Below, piece after piece: positions 59,750 to 64,000 of a stretch of DNA of 64,000 nt. The stretch is from assembly GCA_040876835.1 (NCBI GenBank), contig JBBDOX010000016.1:98875-162874 (forward strand), read 5' to 3'. The notes beneath the pieces were generated by a model. The model saw only the letters and a program-made list of their open reading frames with translations. It did no database searches and was not told the origin of the DNA. A program made the translations under genes and the position numbers. The DNA comes from Candidatus Anderseniibacteriota bacterium. GTDB taxonomy: Bacteria > Patescibacteriota > Andersenbacteria > UBA10190. Each line of letters opens with the position of its first letter. The first letter of the stretch is position 1.

Positions 59750-61740
59750 CGTAGCCGTATAGCAAGATTACCTTCTCTTACGTCACTGTCAGTAATACTT
59801 CCGCTTTGCGAAAAGAACATGTTTGAGTTGCGATACTTATGCTCACTAGTGTATCGGACTGTTGGAGCGTTTCCTGTTGCAGTACCAGTAGCATATATTT
59901 CTACAAACACCGCTTGCCCGCTTCGATTGATCGCTTGCGGCAATGGCAAGGTCATCCATTCATCGTTTGCAATATTGCTAACGGGTACCTCCCAACGATG
60001 AAGCAGGTGACCCTGGAGCGCATCTTTAAGTTCGGCAACAAATACGCCCGAGTCAGCTCTGCCGCTGAATGTCGGTACAAGCACATCAATACCCCCGAGT
60101 TGTTCGTGCTCGACTGCTATTTCCTGCCCTACTCTAACCGCTGTTGTAAGCTCGCCCACATGCCGTTCATATGACCGCTGCTCATATACCCAGGCATATT
60201 CCTTACCAGAAATCATAGCGACAAATACTGGCGTTCGTTTGCTGTAATACTGTTCAACCATCTCCGTAGCTGGATGATCAGCAGCTCGCCCGAACATGTT
60301 GCGATACAGCACGACGAATTGATTCTGGGGATGTTCATGGGCGCCGTAGTCCAGAACCTGGGCGGAAGTATATGCCTGGAGCTCCTGCGGATACCACGAA
60401 GCTACAACAGCCTCAGGATGATTTTCCGAAAGCCACAAGCCCACCTGATCCAACCCCTCTCCCCAGCCCAGTTCCTGACTTAGGTTATCGGGGAATATGG
60501 GGTTACTGTACGCAATCTCGTACGGATGGTACTGCCAAACCACTGTTGCGAGATATATCACAGCAGCGCTTATCGGTACTACCGGAGCTATGCGCCAGCG
60601 TTTAATAGCCATGGTGCCAATGCCAAGAAGAGCAGTGGCCGCCAGTATATCCAGCACCGGGTACACTGGCAAAATGTACCGGTCACCTTTCTTTGCTCCC
60701 AGAGTCATCATGAGCACAAAAAATATCACGAACGATACGAGCAGCAGTACCGGGCGACTATCTCGCCCAGCCAACCCCTCTTTTGCAATACGCCAGATAA
60801 TATACAAGACGGCTAGAGTCGCAAATATTAGCGTTACTGGGGTAGTGCGCGTCACCAGTGCTGCCGGATAATGCCAGGGATTTAAAGTATATTCCTCGGC
60901 CATGTGGTGAGGTGTTACGGCAGCAATTGTTAAGTCTCGTCTAATAAGGTTAGCGTTGCCTTCGGGGTTAGGGACGAATATTAAAGCCGGCCAGGTAAAG
61001 AGAATGAGCAATATAATCATAAGCAACCACGCTACCAGGTCACGACTACGTGCCAGCAAAACACGCTTTAAGAATATCTTTTTGTTCTCATACACCAATA
61101 CTGTCAGTAGGAAAAACGGGATGATAAATATGGCAGGAGCCTTAGTGAGAATAGCCGCAGCTGACAACACCCCCGAGATCACCAGCCACCGGCGGGAATA
61201 ACCTTCTTGCGCGTAGATGATGACTGATAAGGCGGCTAATACCAGTAGGCTCGCCAGCAATGCATCCACATGAGCCACACGTGAATATCCAATCAGAAAA
61301 GGATTTAGTGCAATCAGTATCCCAGCAGTACCAGCCAGCAGCTGTGAAATAGACAGACGACGAAGAAAAATATATATCAGTGGAACTGCCAGTGCATTCA
61401 CGAGCGCAATGGGAAATTGAGCTGCCTTTACAAAATGGATGATATTCGCCAGTGAGAACGGCACGTGGCCGATCATCATTTTAACCGCAATAGCTGTGCC
61501 CGACAGCCACATAGTTGTGACCCCAGGATGCGTTGTCTGCAACATGTCATTAAAACGCAGGTCTTTGAACGCTCGCACGAACTCATAGGAGCGTATCATC
61601 CAGTTTTTTTCATCCGCAGTCAGAAAGGACCCAAGATCAAGCAGACGCGGGAGTGCTGCAATGATAAAAATTCCGATGACAATAAGAATGTCACGTTTAT
61701 GAGTGACGTAAAAACGATGGATATGAGTCCGTACCTGCAT
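59695..61740 (-). CDS. GT-C (PMT/ArnT-like) glycosyltransferase with C-terminal extracytoplasmic domain
   Basis: TADEKNW, HPGVTTMWL, ALNPFLIGYSRV, KKGDRYILP, GWGEGLDQ. Confidence 0.82.
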   Translation of the reverse strand: MQVRTHIHRFYVTHKRDILIVIGIFIIAALPRLLDLGSFLTADEKNWMIRSYEFVRAFKDLRFNDMLQTTHPGVTTMWLSGTAIAVKMMIGHVPFSLANIIHFVKAAQFPIALVNALAVPLIYIFLRRLSISQLLAGTAGILIALNPFLIGYSRVAHVDALLASLLVLAALSVIIYAQEGYSRRWLVISGVLSAAAILTKAPAIFIIPFFLLTVLVYENKKIFLKRVLLARSRDLVAWLLMIILLILFTWPALIFVPNPEGNANLIRRDLTIAAVTPHHMAEEYTLNPWHYPAALVTRTTPVTLIFATLAVLYIIWRIAKEGLAGRDSRPVLLLVSFVIFFVLMMTLGAKKGDRYILPVYPVLDILAATALLGIGTMAIKRWRIAPVVPISAAVIYLATVVWQYHPYEIAYSNPIFPDNLSQELGWGEGLDQVGLWLSENHPEAVVASWYPQELQAYTSAQVLDYGAHEHPQNQFVVLYRNMFGRAADHPATEMVEQYYSKRTPVFVAMISGKEYAWVYEQRSYERHVGELTTAVRVGQEIAVEHEQLGGIDVLVPTFSGRADSGVFVAELKDALQGHLLHRWEVPVSNIANDEWMTLPLPQAINRSGQAVFVEIYATGTATGNAPTVRYTSEHKYRNSNMFFSQSGSITDSDVREGNLAIRLRYAVGGVLVSEEESRLLR

Positions 61741-61768
61741 GGCGCCAGTGTATCAATATTTGGTTAAT

Positions 61769-61810
61769 AAAAAAATGAAGCCCCGGGTCACAAGGTGCGA
61801 CGCGGGGCTT
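61769..61810 (-). terminator. Intrinsic terminator closing the structured element
   Basis: AAGCCCCG(61778-85)/CGGGGCTT(61803-10) stem followed by T7 on the minus strand. Confidence 0.75.
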
Positions 61811-62415
61811 ACTGCAGGAGAAGGAAATGAACGATCAAATGTATTTCTCCTGCAGGAATGGTTCCGAAAGAAGAGAGCTCTCCGCCTGTTGCACAGAGGG
61901 CGTGTCGGGTGAGTTTAGCCCGCACAGAGGCCAAAGCTGGTGCACGACAGGCGGAGAGCCGACAGAGGAAGGCCTCCACCCGCCTGCAAAGCACTCCTGA
62001 CAGGAGACACTTCGTGCCGGATGTACTTTGCGGCGACCCACACTAGACGCGGGTCACAGCGGGTGGAGGGTTCGCGACGGGGAGCTCCTGGCGAAAGATC
62101 TTCCCGACGCTATCTGGAAAGACATAGACTCAAGACGTCCACACATGCCGAACAAGTCCGGCAAAGCTTGCTTGGTAGGCCCCCTCAGAACCCTAGGCAA
62201 GCTGTCTTGTCCTATCCTCCTCGAGGAGAGTTAGAGTTACATCTTCCCAAAGTACGTGCGTGATGCAGAGCGCATCACGCGGGCCGGCGGCGCCGGTCAG
62301 TCGCTATTGATGCTCCCACGGCCAGCGTACGACACACGCATTTTGGGGGTCTCCTCTTCCTCTGAGAAATTGAAAGTGGCTAGCTTCTCACCATGAGAAG
62401 CTGCCTGACAAAGGT
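61769..62415 (-). ncRNA. Candidate large structured RNA (or decayed structured orphan gene), family unknown
   Basis: At least seven perfect 7-13 bp inverted repeats in ~640 nt; no intact ORF from the SD-ATG; bounded by a candidate promoter and terminator. Confidence 0.45.
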
Positions 62416-62421
62416 ATAATT

Positions 62422-62450
62422 TGTTTACACCTAGACTCAGGAATTGTCAA
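62422..62450 (-). promoter_or_regulatory. Candidate promoter for the structured element
   Basis: TTGACA-17 nt-TAAACA (imperfect -10). Confidence 0.45.
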
Positions 62451-62495
62451 TAATGCCGACTTACAGTACTAATATTTACCCCTAATAAGCCATTA

Positions 62496-63962
62496 TTATA
62501 TCCCCACTATGCGGAAATGCGACAGTTCAGGGCAAAGGTCCCCAGGAGCTGTTCCTCCTGGTGTTTCCAGGCGCCTATAATGCACCAGCCACTTTGCCTG
62601 TTTAGCATCATCTTCTGGCAGCACAGTCAGTTTTGCATTCGTGTGACTGACATATTGAAGCCGATTCCAGATATGAATGTTTTCACTATATACCGGCCCC
62701 GCATCTTCTAAACATCGGATCAACGACCGGGTGTCAGCCAGGTCAGCTGCAGTATTTGTCCGATTTCCTAACGAAAAATCGTTTACACTACCACCGGTTT
62801 TAACGAACGGTATAAATACTCCAAACAACGTCCAGGCAGATAATCCCACTGTCAGTGTAATTACAAGTATTGTTCGAACGGAGGTTAGTTTGATGAATCT
62901 CTCGACGACTGCCCCCACACCCAACCCTGCCAGAATCCACAACCCCAGAACAAACATAGTGAAGTACCGCAAATTGAGACGATCGATTATATAAAGCAAT
63001 ATACCCAGGTGCAGCATTAGTCCCGCAATCCACAACCATATAGCCTTACGGCGCCACAGCAATACAATTGCCAGCATTGCCAGAGCAATAACAATCCAGC
63101 TAATAATCTGCGTAACTGGAGGGGTGAGCTCTAATCCCGTGTAGTTAGCTATATAGGAAGATCCTGATACATATAACATCCACGCCTCTTTGAAAGCCTG
63201 AGCCCGTTCAGAGAACAGTTCCGCAACCGCACCGGGGTCCCCCTGATCTTCTTTGTATAGTGCCAGGACTACAAACTGCATTGCGAAACCAGCTCAGAAT
63301 CCTACCGCAGCTTCAACGAAGCTAACACCAAAAAATTTCAGCTGAAACTTAACTCCCTCTTCCCTTTGATCGAGTGCATCTTTCACAAACACTCCAAGCC
63401 CGACAAGACCAGCAGCAGCAAGTGTCGCCAGGAATATAATGTGGTTAGCCAGACCCAATCCACCCGCAAGACCAGCCCACAACCATTTACGCTTCCAGTT
63501 GCGCAATAGAATATTTAGTATCAAGAATGCAAAGAAAGGAAATAGCGTAATCGTCCAGCCCAGTCGCTGATACAGAATATATATTGGAGTAAACGTAAGA
63601 GCCACGAGGCCATATAACCCCGCCCAGCGACCAAACAGTGTGCGCAATACATATTCGGCCAGCCAGAACGTTGCAAACGAGAAGAACAGCATCGGTAGCC
63701 GTATCGCCAAGGTCGTATAGCCAAACAGCAGGATAAATGGAACCCGCAGGTAATCTATCAGCGGTCCGATGTATGACCGCTCGCCTGTAACAGTGATGCC
63801 TTCGCGGGTAAGCAGCTCGTACACATTTTCCCCCTCCGATCCCTCATCCCCCATCAGGCCAGGGGCACTCGAAATCCACAGCGAATTCATCACTACAAAA
63901 AGCGCAAACACTGCCCAAACGGCTCGACGATACCACATATCTGGAGGGTTCTGAGAGTCCAT
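62496..63962 (-). pseudogene. GT-C (PMT/ArnT-like) glycosyltransferase interrupted by one in-frame TGA at 63294-63296
   Basis: MGDEG dyad, YIGPL, IRLP, LRYF; ORFs 63294-63986 and 62496-63281 are in the same frame, reading AVGF*AGFAMQF. Confidence 0.7.
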
Positions 63963-64000
63963 ATCTTCTTGTATACTACAACACATGAAGATATCACGAA

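Noticed and set aside
61809-62263. Five short overlapping ORFs on both strands in the ORF track
   Set aside because: They conflict with each other, lack matching SD/start context and have atypical composition; this is expected in GC-rich palindromic DNA
61769-62415. RNase P RNA, tmRNA, SRP RNA or group II intron identity
   Set aside because: Only partial look-alikes were found (GAGGAAGGCC, GCACGTAC, TCCGAAAG); there is no GAGGAAAGUCC/AACCCGGCUUA pair, tRNA-like ends or domain V AGC triad
62496-63962. Genetic code 25 or 4 (TGA as sense)
   Set aside because: Many genes end in TGA with ATGA coupling, and only one gene shows an internal TGA

Overview
This is a compact, gene-dense bacterial window. 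Gene content and layout suggest Patescibacteria/CPR, which is an inference and not a classification. Translation table 11 is supported by several ATGA stop/start overlaps. Almost all 64 kb is one cell-surface glycosylation and cell-wall region. It holds a partial murF, a DegT-type aminotransferase, a FemAB/FemX transferase, about 11 GT4-type, 5 GT2 and 2 GT9 glycosyltransferases, three lipid-linked-glycan flippases (one fused to a GT4, one MurJ), a WaaL-like ligase, about 10 multi-pass GT-C/PMT/YfhO-like membrane proteins, three SAM methyltransferases, a TagB/F-like transferase, a NodB deacetylase, SpoIID, a YfiH-like protein and an atypical pilin. The most notable observations are: (1) a ~640-nt hairpin-dense, ORF-poor element at 61769-62450 with its own candidate promoter and terminator (large ncRNA or decayed orphan gene); (2) GC-rich, structured orphan cassettes with SD signals (most also with -35/-10 and terminator), contrasting with the apparently leaderless core genes (TAnnnT 6-7 nt before the start codon); (3) a ~120-aa beta-rich extracytoplasmic module that appears shuffled across six GT-C-like proteins near a pilin; (4) a GT-C gene interrupted by a single in-frame TGA. 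No rRNA, tRNA, CRISPR array, integrase or transposase was recognised. All family calls come from motif recognition by eye, not database searches.
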